Source: Ranitomeya imitator (Eukaryota). From it: a DNA stretch of 64,000 nt. Made by a program: the position numbers and the translations under genes. The notes under the pieces are model-generated. The model was not told the origin of the DNA. It was given only the letters and a program-made list of their open reading frames with translations, and did no database searches. The stretch covers positions 22,134,001 through 22,198,000 of the forward strand of contig NC_091285.1 in assembly GCF_032444005.1 (NCBI RefSeq), written 5' to 3'. Numbering within the stretch: the first letter of the stretch is position 1; each line of letters starts with the position of its first letter. Below, piece by piece: positions 12,320 to 25,676 of this stretch.

Positions 12320-15300
12320 GAATGTTTATACTTTTACACAATGGTTCGGTCCCCACACAGTTACACAATTGTTCGGTCCCCATACAGTTACACAATGGTT
12401 CGGTCCCCATACATTTACACAATTGTTCAGTCCCCATACATTTACAGAATTGTTCGGTCCCCATACAGTTACACAATTGTTCGGTCCTCATACATTTACA
12501 CAATTGTTCGGTCCCCATACAGTTACACAATTGTTCAGTCCCCATACATTTACACAATTGTTCAGTCTCCATACATTTACACAATTGTTCGGTCCCCATA
12601 CAGTTACACAATTGTTCGGTCCCCATAGTTACCCAATTGTTCAGTCCCCATACATTTACACAATTGTTCAGTCCCCATACATTTACACAATTGTTCGGTC
12701 CCCATACATTTACACAATTGTTCAGTCCCCACACAGTTACCCAATTGTTCAGTCCCCATACATTTACACAATTGTTCGGTCCCCATACATTTACACAATT
12801 GTTCAGTCCCCATACAGTTACACAATTGTTCAGTCCCCATACAGTTACCCAATTGTTCAGTCCCCATACATTTACACAATTGTTCAGTCCCCATACATTT
12901 ACACAATTGTTCGGTCCCCATACATTTACACAATTGTTCAGTCCCCATACATTTACACAATTGTTCAGTCCCCATACATTTACACAATTGTTCGGTCCTC
13001 ATACATTTACACAATTGTTCAGTCCCCATACAGTTACCCAATTGTTCAGTCCCCATACATTTACACAATTGTTCGGTCCCCATATATTTACACAATTGTT
13101 CAGTCCCCATACAGTTACACAATTGTTCAGTCCCCATACAGTTACCCAATTGTTCAGTCCCCATACATTTACACAATTGTTCAGTCCCCATACATTAACA
13201 CAATTGTTCGGTCCCCATACATTTACACAATTGTTCAGTCCCCATACAGTTACACAATTGTTCAGTCCCCATACAGTTACACAATTGTTCAGTCCCCATA
13301 CATTTACACAATTGTTCGGTCCCCATACATTTACACAATTGTTCAGTCCCCATACAGTTACACAATTGTTCAGTCCCCATACAGTTACACAATGGTTCGG
13401 TCCCCACACAGTTACACAATTGTTCGGTTCCCATACATTTACACAATTGTTCAGAGTCCATACATTTACACAATTGTTCAGTCCCCATACATTTACCCAA
13501 TTGTTCAGTCCCCATACAGTTACACAATTGTTCAGTCCCCATACAGTTACACAATTGTTCAGAGTCCATACATTTACACAATTGTTCAGTCCCCATACAT
13601 TTACCCAATTGTTCAGTCCCCATACAGTTACACAATTGTTCAGTCCCCATACAGTTACACAATTGTTCAGTCCCCACACAGTTACACAATTGTTCAGTCC
13701 CCATACAGTTACACAATTGTTCAGTCCCCACACAGTTACACAATTGTTCAGTCCCCATACAGTTACACAATTGTTCAGTCCCCATACAGTTACACAATTG
13801 TTCGGTTCCCATACAGTTACACAATTGTTCAGTCCCCATACAGTTACACAATTGTTCGGTTCCCATACAGTTACACAATTGTTCAGTCCCCATACAGTTA
13901 CACAATTATTCGGTTCCCATACATTTACACAATTGTTCAGTCTCCACACAGTTACACAATTGTTCAGTCCCCATACAGTTACACAATTGTTCGGTTCCCA
14001 TACATTTACACAATTGTTCAGTCTCCACACAGTTACACAATTGTTCAGTCCCATACAGTTACACAATTGTTCGGTTCCCATACATTTACACAATTGTTCG
14101 GTCCCCATACAGTTACACAATTGTTCGGTCCTCATACAGTTACACAATTGTTCGGTCCCCATACAGTTACACAATTGTTCGGTCCCCATACAGTTACACA
14201 ATTGTTCGGTCCCCATACAGTTACACAATTGTTCGGTCCCCATACAGTTACACAATTGTTCGGTCCCCATACAGTTACACAATTGTTCGGTCCCCATACA
14301 GTTACACAATTGTTCGGTCCCCATACTGTTACACAATTGTTCAGTCCCCATACAGTTACACAATTATCAGATCCCCATACAGTTACACAATTGTCGGTCC
14401 CCATACAGTTACACAATTGTTCGGTCCCCGTATATTTACACAATTGTTCGGTCCCCATACAGTTACACAATTGTTCGATCCCCATGCAGTTACACAATTG
14501 TTCAGTCCTCATACAGTTACACAATTGTTCAGTCCCCATATATTTACACAATTGTTCAGTCCCCATACATTTACACAATTGTTCGGTCCCCATACAGTTA
14601 CACAATTGTTCAGTCCCCATAGAGTTACACAATTGTCAGATCCCCATACAGTTACACAATTGTTCAGTCCCCATACATTTACAGAATTGTTCAGTCCCCA
14701 TACAGTTACACAATTGTTCGGTCCCCATACAGTTACGCAATTGTTCAGTCCCCATACAGTTACACAATTGTTCAGTCCCCATATATTTACACAATTGATC
14801 AGTCCTCATACATTTACACAATTGTTCGATCCCCATACAGTTACACAATTGTTCGGTCCTCATACATTTACAGAATTGTTCAGTCCCCATACAGTTACAC
14901 AATTGTTCGGTCCCCATACAGTTACGCAATTGTTCAGTCCCCATACAGTTACACAATTGTTCAGTCCCCATACATTTACACAATTGTTCGGTCCTCATAA
15001 TTTTACACAACTGTTCGGTCTCCATACATTTACACAATTGTTCAGTCCCCATACATTTACAGAATTGTTCAGTCCCCATACAGTTACACAATTGTTCGGT
15101 CCCCATACATTTACACAATTGTTCAGTCCCCATACATTTACAGAATTGTTCTGTCCCCATACAGTTACACAATTGTTCAGTCCCCATACATTTACACAAT
15201 TGTTCAGTCCCCATACATTTACAGAATTGTTCTGTCCCCATACAGTTACACAATTGTTCAGTCCCCATACATTTACACACACAATTGTTCGGTCCTCATA

Positions 15301-16195
15301 ATTTTACACAACTGTTCGGTCTCCATACATTTACACAATTGTTTGGTCCCCATACATTTACACAATTATTTGGTACCCATAATTTTACACAATTGTTCAG
15401 TCCCCATACAGTTACACAATTGATCAGTCCTCATACACTTACACAATTGTTCAGTCCTCATAGTTCCACAATTGATCGGTCCCCATACATTTACATAATT
15501 GTTCGGTCCCCAACCTTTTACGCAACTATTCTGTCTCCATACCTTTACACAAGTGTTTGGTCTCCATAGTTTTTCACAATTGTTTGGTCTTCTACATTTA
15601 CACAATTGTTCAGTCCTCATACTTTAACACCATAGTTCGGTCCCCAGAATTTTACACAATTGTTTAGTACCCATACTATACCACAATTGTTCAGTCTCCA
15701 TACTTTTACATGATCCTTAGGTCTCCATACTTTTACATGACCGTTCAGTCCCCGTACATTTACACAATCATTTAGTCCTCATACATTTACACAATCATTC
15801 AGTCCCCATACTATTACATGATCTTTAAGTCTCCATACTTTTAGATAAGCGTTCAGTCTCCATACTTTTACATGATCGTTCATTCCCCATACTTTTATAT
15901 GATCCTTCAGTCTCCATACTTTTACATGATCATTCAGTCTCCATACTTTTACATGACCGTTCAGTCCCCATACGTTTACACAATCATTCAGTCCCCATAC
16001 ATTTACACAATCATTTAGTCCTCATACATTTACACAATCATTAAGTCCCCATATTATACCTGATCATTCAGTCTCCATACTTTTAGATGATCCTTCAGTC
16101 TCCATACTTTTACATGATCATTCAGTCTCCATTCTTTTACATGATCATTCAGTCTCCATACTTTTACATGATCGTTCAGTCCCCATACTTTTACT
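12320..16195. repeat. 27-bp minisatellite, ~3.9 kb (~140 units)
   Basis: Unit CCCCATACA(G/T)TTACACAATTGTTC(A/G)GT. It produces 9-aa periodic ORFs in several frames. Confidence 0.97.
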
Positions 16196-16996
16196 GCTCC
16201 AAGTCCTGTGTCTTCCATCAATCTCTTGTAATTGTTTATGTCATGTGAGCGCTGCAGCCTATCAGTGTCTCCTGATGGGTTGCAGCGGTTACAGTTTTCT
16301 CAGTTCAGGAGGTAAGTATGCTCTTTTTTCTCTTATATTCGGAAGCACACAGGGCCGTACACATATACTATACACTGTATGGGATACAGGACAATGCCTC
16401 ACACGTAGCTGCTCAGACAAAAACCAGGCTGGAGGGATTTATTGGCTCGGTCCCAGAATGAATCAGCAGTGCTTATAGGTATGAGGGGAGTCAGAGTCAT
16501 CTGCAAGCGATTAACCAACAGATTTACTCATAGTTATGCAGAAAGGATGTTAACTCTTTGCAAGCTCAGAAACAATTTTATAATACCTAGCAAAGATTCA
16601 CATTAAAGGGGCTCGATCAGGAACGCAGGAGATTTTTTTTTTTACTTTCCCCAATATTGAGCAGGGAGACACCATAGTTTGGTTGACAGCTTTCAATATC
16701 GTATCATAGACACCCTTGTAAATATTCCAGGGTTGGAAGAGTGACAACCTATGTAAATCAGAAATGTGCTCACCACAGTTGTCAATCCACTGACATCCCT
16801 CCTGACAGCAGCTTCACGGTATATCAGTCAGCAGGGGGCGACAAGGAGCGCACAGGACCTGTTACTGCTCCATATGTGACTATTTGTATTTACGATTTTT
16901 GGTTCCTCCTTATGGTTTTACAGACATGAGACCTTGAGCCTCTACATGAAGTCTCTTAAGGTTTTGCTCCCGAAAAAAGTCACACTTTTATTCTAA

Positions 16997-19001
16997 ACTA
17001 GCTGAAGAGCCCGGCGTTGCCTGGGCAAAGTAAATATCTGTGGTTAGTTATAGCACGTCACTTCTCTTATTTTCTCATCACGCCTCTCATTTTTCCCCTC
17101 ACACCTCTCATTTTCTCTCTCACACCTCTCATTTTCTCCCTCACTCCTCTCATTCCCCCCTAACACTTGTCATTTCGACCTCACATCTGTCATTTTCCGA
17201 TCACTCCACTATTTTCCCTCACGCCTCTCATTTTGCACTCACACCTTTTCATTTTCACCTCACACCTCTCATTTTCACCTCAGTATATACATGTTTGTCA
17301 TCTCCCTTATATATAGTATACACCTGTATGTCATCTCCTGTATATAGTATATACCTGTATGTCATCTCCCCTGTATATAGTATATACCTGCTGTGTGTCA
17401 TCTCCCCTGTATATAGTATATACCTGTATGTCATCTCCTCCTATATATAGTATATACCTGTATGTCATCTCCTCCTATATATAGTATATACCTGTATGTC
17501 ATCTCCTCCTGTATATAGTATATACCTGTAGGTAATCTGCTCCTGTATATAGTATATACCTGTGTGTCATCTCCTCCTGCATTTAGTATATACCTGTATG
17601 TCATCTCCTCCTGTATATAGTATGTACCTGTATGTCATCTCCTCCTCTATATAGTATATACCTGTGTGTTATCTCTCCTGTATATAGTATATATCTGTGT
17701 GTCATCTCCCCTGTATATAGTATATACCTGTGTGATCTCCTGTATTAGACCTCGTTAACACGTTATTTGCTCAGTATTTTTACCTCAGTATTTGTAAGAT
17801 AAATTGGCAGCCTGATATATCCCCAGCCAACAGGAAGCCATTCCCCAGGCAGTATATATTAGCTCACACATACACATAATAGACAGGTCATGTGACTGAC
17901 AGCTGCCGTATTTCCTATATGGTACATTTGTTGCTCTTGTAGTTTGTCTGCTTATTAATCAGATTTTTATTTTTGAAGGCTAATACCAGACTTGTGTGTG
18001 TTTTAGGGCGCGTTTCGTTTGTCAAGTTGTGTGTGTTGAGTTGTGTGTGGCGACATGCATGTAGCGACTTTTGTGAGATGAGTTTTGTGTGGCAACATGC
18101 GTGTAGCAACTTTTTGTGTGTCGAGTTGCATGTAACAGGTTAGTGTAGCAAGTTGTGTGCAGCAAGTTTTGCGCATGGCGAGTTTTGCGCGTGGTGAGTT
18201 TTATGTCTGGTGCCTTTTGAGTATGTGCAAGTTTTGTGTGAGGCAACTTTTGCATGTGTTGCAAATTTTGTGCATATGGCAATTTTTCCGCGTGTGCAAG
18301 TCTTGCGTGTGGCGAGTTTTCCATGAGGTGAGTTTTGCACTTGTGGCGAGTTTTGCGTGAGCCTAGTTTTTGCATGTGGCGAGTTTTGCGCGTGGCGAGT
18401 TTTGAGTGGCGACTTTTGTGTTTCGACTTTTATGTGGCGAGGTTGGTGTATGTGTGGTGAAATGTGTGCTGAGGGTAATATGTGTTCAAGCACGTGGTAG
18501 TGTGTGGCGCATTTTGTGTGTGTTCATATCCCCGTGTGTGGTGAGTATCCCATGTCGAGGCCCCACCTTAGCAACTGTACGGTATATACTCTTTGGCGCC
18601 ATCGCTCTCATTCTTTAAGTCCCTTGTTCACATCTGGCAGCTGTCAATTTGCCTCCTACACTTTTCCTTTCATTTTTTCCCATCATGTAGATAGGGGCAA
18701 AATTGTTTGGTGAATTGGAAAGCGCGGGGTTAAAATTTCACCTCACAACATAGCCTATGACGCTCTCAGGGTCCAGACGTGTGACTGTGCAAAATTTTGT
18801 GGCTGTAGCTGTGACGCCTCCAACACTTTTCATTTCACTTTTTCCCCATTATGTAGATAGGGGCAAAATTGTTTGGTGAATTGGAACGCGCGGGGTTAAA
18901 ATTTCACCTCACAACGTAGCCTATGACGCTCTCAGGGTCCAGATGTGTGACTGTGCAAAATTTTGTGGCTGTAGCTGCGACGGTGCAGATGCCAATCCCG
19001 G

Positions 19002-19041
<40 letters not shown>

Positions 19042-19060
19042 TCAGCTTTATATAGTAGAT
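16997..19060 (+). mobile_element. Non-autonomous Helitron/Helentron (DINE-like) element carrying internal tandem repeats
   Basis: 5' ACTAGCTGAAGAG-CCCGGCGTTGCCTGGG hairpin; 3' (CA)n then TTCAGCTTTATATAGTAGAT|TT. Contains ~33-bp and ~18-20-bp arrays and a ~175-bp direct duplication. Confidence 0.6.
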
Positions 19061-19649
19061 TTCTGTGAAATGTGACACCGTAGGTAAAGTCTGGAGAAAA
19101 CACTGGCAGCTAAGTAATACCATCTGATATATAAAATGGAGGCTTTGAAAGACCCCAACAATTGGAGATTGGTGAAGGCCAATTACAGAGATCCTCATCG
19201 ATGGGTGGAAAGGAATAAGGGGGTCTTTTGTCATTTTACCAGCAACAGCGCCCCTCTCTTCCATAGGATGTGTTTGGAATTGCAGACAACGATGAGCTGT
19301 GACACCAAAAATAAGGATAAAAGTGGTGGCCCTTTATTCTTTCTTGGGATTGGTGGAGGTCCTAGTGGTTGACTCCCACCATGTACACATAGGTGGGAAA
19401 TTTCCAATAGAATATGTGTGCAATCCAGTGCTTATAGTGATAACCGATCTTATGGGCTATAAATCAGAATAGTAGTCACTTCCCTTTCTACGCACTTTTT
19501 TTAGTATTTCCTACAAAGCATACTGGACAGCAGGGGCAACTATGAGCAAATAAGAAAGATCCAACCTGAATAATGGTAGGTACGATGGGAGGAACATCAA
19601 CCAGGGCATTATTCAACAGCGGTCTAGCTGCAAAGACACTGATATGGAT

Positions 19650-20295
19650 TACCGGAAGTAAGGGAGGGTCTTTATGTCTCTACAGGAAGTGGAGGAGGGT
19701 CTTTATATCTCTACAGGAAGTGGGGGAGGGTCTTTATGTCTCTACAGGAAGTGGGGGCGGGTCTTCATGTCTCTACAGGAAGTGGGGGCGGGTCTTCATG
19801 TCTCTACAGGAAGTGGGGGCGGGTCTTTATGCTTCTACAGGACGTGGGGGGCGGGCCTTTGTCTACAAGAAGTTAGGCGTGTCTTTCTCTTTCTACAGGA
19901 AGTGAGGACGGGTTTTTGTCTCTCTACAGGAAGTGGGGAAAGTCTTTATTTCTCTACAGGAAGTGAGTCTGTATCTCGCTACAGGAAGTGATGACAGGTC
20001 CTTGTCTATAAGAAGTGGGGAGGGTCTTTCTCTTTCTACAGGAAGTGAGGATGGGTTTTTGTCTCTACAAGAAGTGAGGACAGGTCTTTATCTCTCTTAA
20101 AGGAAGTGAGTACAAGACTTTATCTCACTACAGGTAGTGATGACAGGTCTTTGTCTACAGGAAGTGGGGGACGATCTTTATCTCACTACAGGAAGTGAGG
20201 ACAAGTCTTTAACTCACTACAGGAAGTGATGACAGGTCTTTGTCTACAGGAAGTGGGGAGGGTCTTTCTCTTTATACAGGAAGAGGGGAAAGGTC
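19650..20295. repeat. Degenerate 29-31-bp tandem array (CTACAGGAAGTGGGGGCGGGTCTT...)
   Basis: About 20 units, each built around CAGGAAGTG. Confidence 0.9.
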
Positions 20296-20340
20296 TTTAT
20301 TAGTGATGAGCAAATACAAACTCTTTGTAGATGTTGTCCT

Positions 20341-20406
20341 GGGTGGGATTAGAGCCCAGGACCCCAGCGCTGCAAGGCTGCTGTGCTAACCACTGCGCCA
20401 CCGTGC
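20341..20406 (-). mobile_element. tRNA-derived SINE head fragment
   Basis: GCACGGTGGCGCAGTGGTTAGCACAGCAGCCTTGCAGCGCTGGGGTCCTGGGCTCTAATCCC, with an A-box and a degenerate B-box. Confidence 0.7.
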
Positions 20407-21361
20407 ACTGATAAAAAAAGAACAGCCCACTGATATAGCGGGAGAATCAGGACAGTGCCATAGACGTATGGTATGGGCAATAATAGTAGTTTTATCTTGT
20501 TGACAGTGGTGAGGGCAGTAAGACCAAGCTTTTCGACAGGTTCTTTTTGTGATAGGAGAGGGATGTTTTAAGTATTCCTCCTATTATTACTGTATTTGTA
20601 TGATTGTGTGGAGTTGTCCTTTAACCAGTGCCAGGCTTTCTTCTAGGTGGGACAATGCACGAGTTTGCTCCCATAATCCTGGCCAAGACAAAGTGGCTTG
20701 GTTAGTGCCCTCCTGGCTATAACCCATCACATGGACACCGTTTAAGGGACAGTAAACTTGTCTTAGGATTATATGATAGTTTATGGCATATCCCCAGCAG
20801 CACGACACCCCCCAGATCAGATTCACTCTGCCTTAGGTGACACGACAGCGCTCAGAAGTGATGACTTGGCTGCCAAGTCTCTAAGTCCCACACACTGGCA
20901 CTTCATAAAGCCCATACAGTACTAAACTTTATACCAGGACACTATTTACCTTGGAATTGAAGAAATGGAAAAAAATCTTTAAAATGTTGTCCATTGAAGA
21001 AAACATCGTAAATGTGGCGTATAAATTTTTCAAGTAATTATACGACTGATACTGTAAAATTTTGGCAAAATTTTTTTAAACATTTTTGTATTAGTTTAAT
21101 GAAATTCTTCTTCCCTCTGCTTATACCACAGTCAACAAAATGAATGCAGGCATGAAGCTGAATACAAATATACAACGTGGGGAAATGCTAGGGTCCATGA
21201 CAGCCTTCTCCGCGGTTCTCCGCATTGCACAATCTGGCAGCAGCTTGATCCGCAGATACGAGGCGGACGTCTGGTAACACTTAAATGACGAAACCAGACT
21301 GTGAGGCCACTTATTGTAAGGCAAAGGATTTCAGACTTCACGGATCTAATCTGGAGGGAAT

Positions 21362-23140
21362 TGTGGAGATAAAATGTCTCCCCCGGGTTATATTTGTCAT
21401 GTAATAAAATCCTACCAAGAAGAATCATTTCAAAACTTTAACGTCGCCCATAATCTGAACAAATCCATTGAAAGATAAGCTAAAATATTTTCAGATGGAA
21501 AAAGAAAAATAAAGAAGTAAAATTATGTGGTTGCATAAATCTGCACACTAATTCCTTTTTGGTAGGAGATCCAGTGCTGAGCTCGGGCTGGACCATTCCA
21601 AAACTTTGGTATTCTTCTGATGATTTTTTTTTTGTTGATTTGGAAGTCGTTGTCATGCTGAAAGGTGAAACTCCTCTTCATGTTCAGTTTTTCAGCAGAG
21701 GCTTTTGTTGCAAAATTGACCGATATTTGGAACTGTTCCGAATTCCCTCCACATTCACTAAAGCTCTAGTTCCAGTTGGCGAAAATCAGCTCCAAAGTAT
21801 AATGCTGCTTCCACCATGCTTCACTGTGGGTATAGTGTTCTTTTGGTGATAATCGGTGTTGGCTTTACATTAAACATACTTTTTGGAATTACTGACAAAA
21901 AGTTCAACATTGTTCAAACCATACCATGTTTCTCCACATGCTTTTGGCAGAGTTGATGTAGGTTTTGGCAAAACATAGTCGAGCTTTACAAGAGTAAGCT
22001 TCCGTCTTGCCACCCTACCCTACAGGCCAGAAAAATGAGGAATATGGGAGATTGTTGTCACATGCAGTAAACAACCAAGACTTGTCAGAAATTCCAGCAG
22101 CTCCCTTAATGTTACTGTTGGCCTCTGTGCAGCCTCACAGATATTTGGGACTGTTCCGAATTCCCTCCACATTTACTAAAGCTCTAGCTCCAGCTGCCGA
22201 AAAACAGCTCCAAAGCATAATGCTGCTTCCACCATGCTTCACTGTGTGTATTGTGTTCTGTTGGTGATGCTTGTTGTAGGCTTTATGCCAAACATACCTT
22301 TTGGAATTACGGCCAAAAAGTTCAACATTGTTCAAACCATACCATGTTTCTCCACATGCTTTTCACAGAGTTGATGTAGGTTTTGGCCAAACATAGTCGA
22401 GCTTTACAAGAATAGGCTTCCATCTTGCCACCCTACCCTACAGGCCAGAAAAATGAGGAATATGGGAGATTGTTGTCACATGCAGTAAACAACCAAGACT
22501 TGTCAGAAATTCCTGCAGCTCCTTTAATGTTACTGTTGGTCTCTATGCAGCCTCACGGACCATCTTTCTTCTTGTCTTTTCACTAATTTTTGAGGGATAT
22601 CCAGTTATAAGTAATATCACTCTTGTGCCAAATAGAAGACAATTCTTCATGACCATCTTCAGTGTTTCATGGTATATCTAATGCCCTGGAAATTTTTCTG
22701 TACCTTTCTCCTATTTGACAAATTGCAAGAATGAGATCCCTTTGCTGTGTTGTAAGCTGTTTACAGACCATGGCTTTTGCTGTAAAATGCAGCTAAGAAA
22801 ATGTCAGGAAAATCCTCCTAGAACAGTAAATCTTTATACGAGGTTAATTAGAATCACTGTAAATGATGGCAGCTATGTACTGACTACTATGTAACATGAG
22901 GTTAAATGTGATTGGCTAATAATAAACACAACCGCATCCCCAATTATAAGAGGGTGTTCACACTTATGCAACCACAGTATTTTAGTTTTGTTACTTTTAT
23001 TTTCCCATCAAAATTATTTTAATTTATCAATTGATTTGTAAAGATTATGGGTGACATTAAAGGTGGAAAAGGCTCTTAAATGATTCTTAAATGATTTTTT
23101 TTTTACATGACAAAGATGTGTAGACTTTTTATATCCACTG
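21362..23140 (-). mobile_element. Degenerate Tc1-like transposon with a ~418-bp internal tandem duplication
   Basis: Transposase fragments (TVKHGGSSIMLWSCFSA). Right end GTAGACTTTTTATATCCACTG|TA; inner repeats TGTGGTTGCATAA/TTATGCAACCACA. The left end is approximate. Confidence 0.8.
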
Positions 23141-23419
23141 TAAATGTCGATATGTCATTAATTTCCCAGTGTACACCACCGACTCCAGTAATTGAGTTTA
23201 TTTTTTATGGGCTTTAAGGTTGTATTGACCCACAAGCGGACTAGTAGATGGGCCAAGGGCATACTTGCCAACTCTTCAAGGATTTTTGAGAGGGTCCTAG
23301 AAAAAGAGGAGACATCCAAGACTCGGCAAATCTTTTTCTATGCTGGATCTTCTCAAAGACTCTTGGAAAGCAAAACTTTCAAAAGGATTCTCCTGCGGAG
23401 GAGGCTCAGAGAGGTTGTG

Positions 23420-24900
23420 GAAAAAGCTCAAATGGGGCATGGAAAAAGGTTAGAGGGCACATGGAATAGGCTCAGTGGGGGCGATGAAGAGATTCTCATG
23501 GGGTCTGGAAGTGATTCAGTGGGGATATGGAAGATCTCTGAATGGCCATAGAAAAGGATCAGAGTGTGGAAGATCTCAGAAGGAGCATGAAATAGGCTCA
23601 GCATTAGCATGGAAGAGTCTAATAAAAGGCAAGAAAATGGCCCAGAGGGGGCATGAAACAAGCTCAGAGGGGGATGTGATACAGGCTCATAGGGGGTATG
23701 TCTTACGTTTCTGTACCTGACATTACCTCATGGATCTGACCCGGCGGCCTGAATATCCTTCTTGTCAGCTTGCATCACCAACCAGTAGCTGACTCTGTGG
23801 CCCTTTCTCAGGGACCCTTGTGTAAGTCCAGATCCCTGTATAGGGGTTTAAGGGTGAAGGCCAGGGCAACCTGTGTGCTCTTGGAATCAGAGTAGTTTGC
23901 ACTGAAGCCTGTTTGCGGTTGCCTTGGAGCTGCCAGGTGACTCCAAACAGTGTCCGCGTTGTCACGCCGCAGCTATGCAGGTAGATGCACGCTCCACTAG
24001 ATGGCAGTAGAGTGGAGGGAAGACTGCAACCCTTGCCAGAGCAGACCTGCAGCGCTGCAGCGAGGCCACCACCAGGTGGCAACAGGGAAGTCAAACAAGC
24101 CGCGTCAAAACCTGGAGAGTAACGTCGTAAAAAGGGGGAAAATCAACTCAGAGTCAGAGAGGCGCCAGAGGGTCAATACCAGATGGAAGCAGAAGTACCA
24201 GGAGCAAAAGAAAGAGTCAGGTCAGAGTCAAAGCCGAGTCAAGTACCAGAGAGTCCAAACACGAAGGGAAAACACGGAGTCGGAATGGGGGAATGAACAG
24301 ACACGGGAACAGTTAGGAATTCCTCATTCCTTAGGCTACTCATGCCGTAGGCAGAAGCTATAACTGACACCGCCTGCAGGATGCTGCGGAGATAAATAGC
24401 AAACCTGAGACCAGACTGAAGCTGAGAAAAGTTAACCCCTGACATGATCAGACCAGGAAAAGGGAAGACAAGACTCAAAACCCGGTCTTGATCATGACAC
24501 GCGTGATGGGAAGAGAATAATAAGGGGCATGGAAGAGGCTCAGAGAGGGTGTGAAAGATGCTCAGAGAGGCATTGAAGATACTCAGAGAGGGTGTGGAAT
24601 AGGTTCAGTGGGGGCATGGAAGATGCGAAGTGGGGGCATGGATAGGGGATTAAGCTCAATAGGGGTGTGGTATAGACTCAGTGAGAGCATGGAAGGGGCT
24701 CATAAAAGACATGACAGAGACTAAAAGGGGCATGGAAGAGGCTCAGTGAGGGCGTGGAAGAAACTCAGAAGGGGCGTGAAATAGGCTCAATGGAGGTGTG
24801 GTATAGACTCAGTGAGAGCATGGAAGAGGCTCATAAAAGGCATGACAGAAACTAAAAGGGGCATGGAAGAGGCTCAGTGGGGGAGTGAAAGGTGGTGTGC
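23420..24900. repeat. Degenerate purine-rich short-unit repeat (GGGGCATGGAAGAGGCTCAG) split by insertions
   Basis: The same motif recurs at 23420-23700 and 24520-24900. Confidence 0.55.
23960..24499. mobile_element. Solo LTR (540 bp)
   Basis: TGTCA...TGACA termini flanked by a perfect 5-bp TSD, CGCGT (23955-59 and 24500-04). Confidence 0.8.
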
Positions 24901-25676
24901 AAAGACATGGAAAAGGGTCAGAGGAGAGTGGAAGAGGTTTTTTGTCATCTCCCAGACAGTCTTGCCTCAGAGTTGGCAAGTGTGATCTAGGATTTAAATG
25001 ATAGCCGGGCCCTGGCATAAAACACCCATGAGGACCTTACAGCAAACAATTCTGGATGTTAAAGGGAGTCATTTATTTAGCAAAAACGATAAGAATATAA
25101 AGACATTGCCACACCCCCACAGTGACAGATTGGATGGAGCTGTGTGCACAGTCCAATCAGTGCATCCTATAGAGACACGCCCCTTTTACAAGGAGAATGG
25201 TAACACCCAGATGTCAATTTATTCATATATTTCTAATAGGAATAACAGAGAAATTGGACAAAACTGGGGTTACTCGGCACCACGTTAAAGATGAAGATGT
25301 TCCTGTAAGCCGATGTCTTTTATTTTGTCAAATTATGTTCCCCTGCACCGGCTGTGGTGTGAAAAGAAAGTTTAGAACAGTTCATTTGTATTTGCTGATA
25401 ATTTGGATCAGTCTGTGATTTTTTTTTATTCTTCGAGACCTTTCCTTGGCTCAGAACAATCCAGTCTAGCCTCTGTTTACATCCTTCATGAGCCAAGGAC
25501 TAATCAGATGGAAGAGTCACTTCCAGAAATTGTGTAATCCGTAATCCCAGCTTGAAACGCTCAATGAAATGACACAACCAGAAACTATTGTATGGCAGAT
25601 AAGATGTAGAAAAACACCAAAATCATTGTCAGTGGTTTCAATGAGAACAGCCTTATACAAGCTTTCTATATACATT

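Noticed and set aside
12045-15620. Very long ORFs (up to 826 aa) such as PHTVTQLFS, MGTEQLCNC and SPYSYTIVQ repeats
   Set aside because: They are by-products of a 27-bp unit with stop-free frames on both strands. There are no splice signals or unique domains.
16245-16330. Strong + strand donor CAGGAG|GTAAGT after the minisatellite
   Set aside because: No convincing acceptor, ORF or partner exon, and a single donor match is expected by chance.
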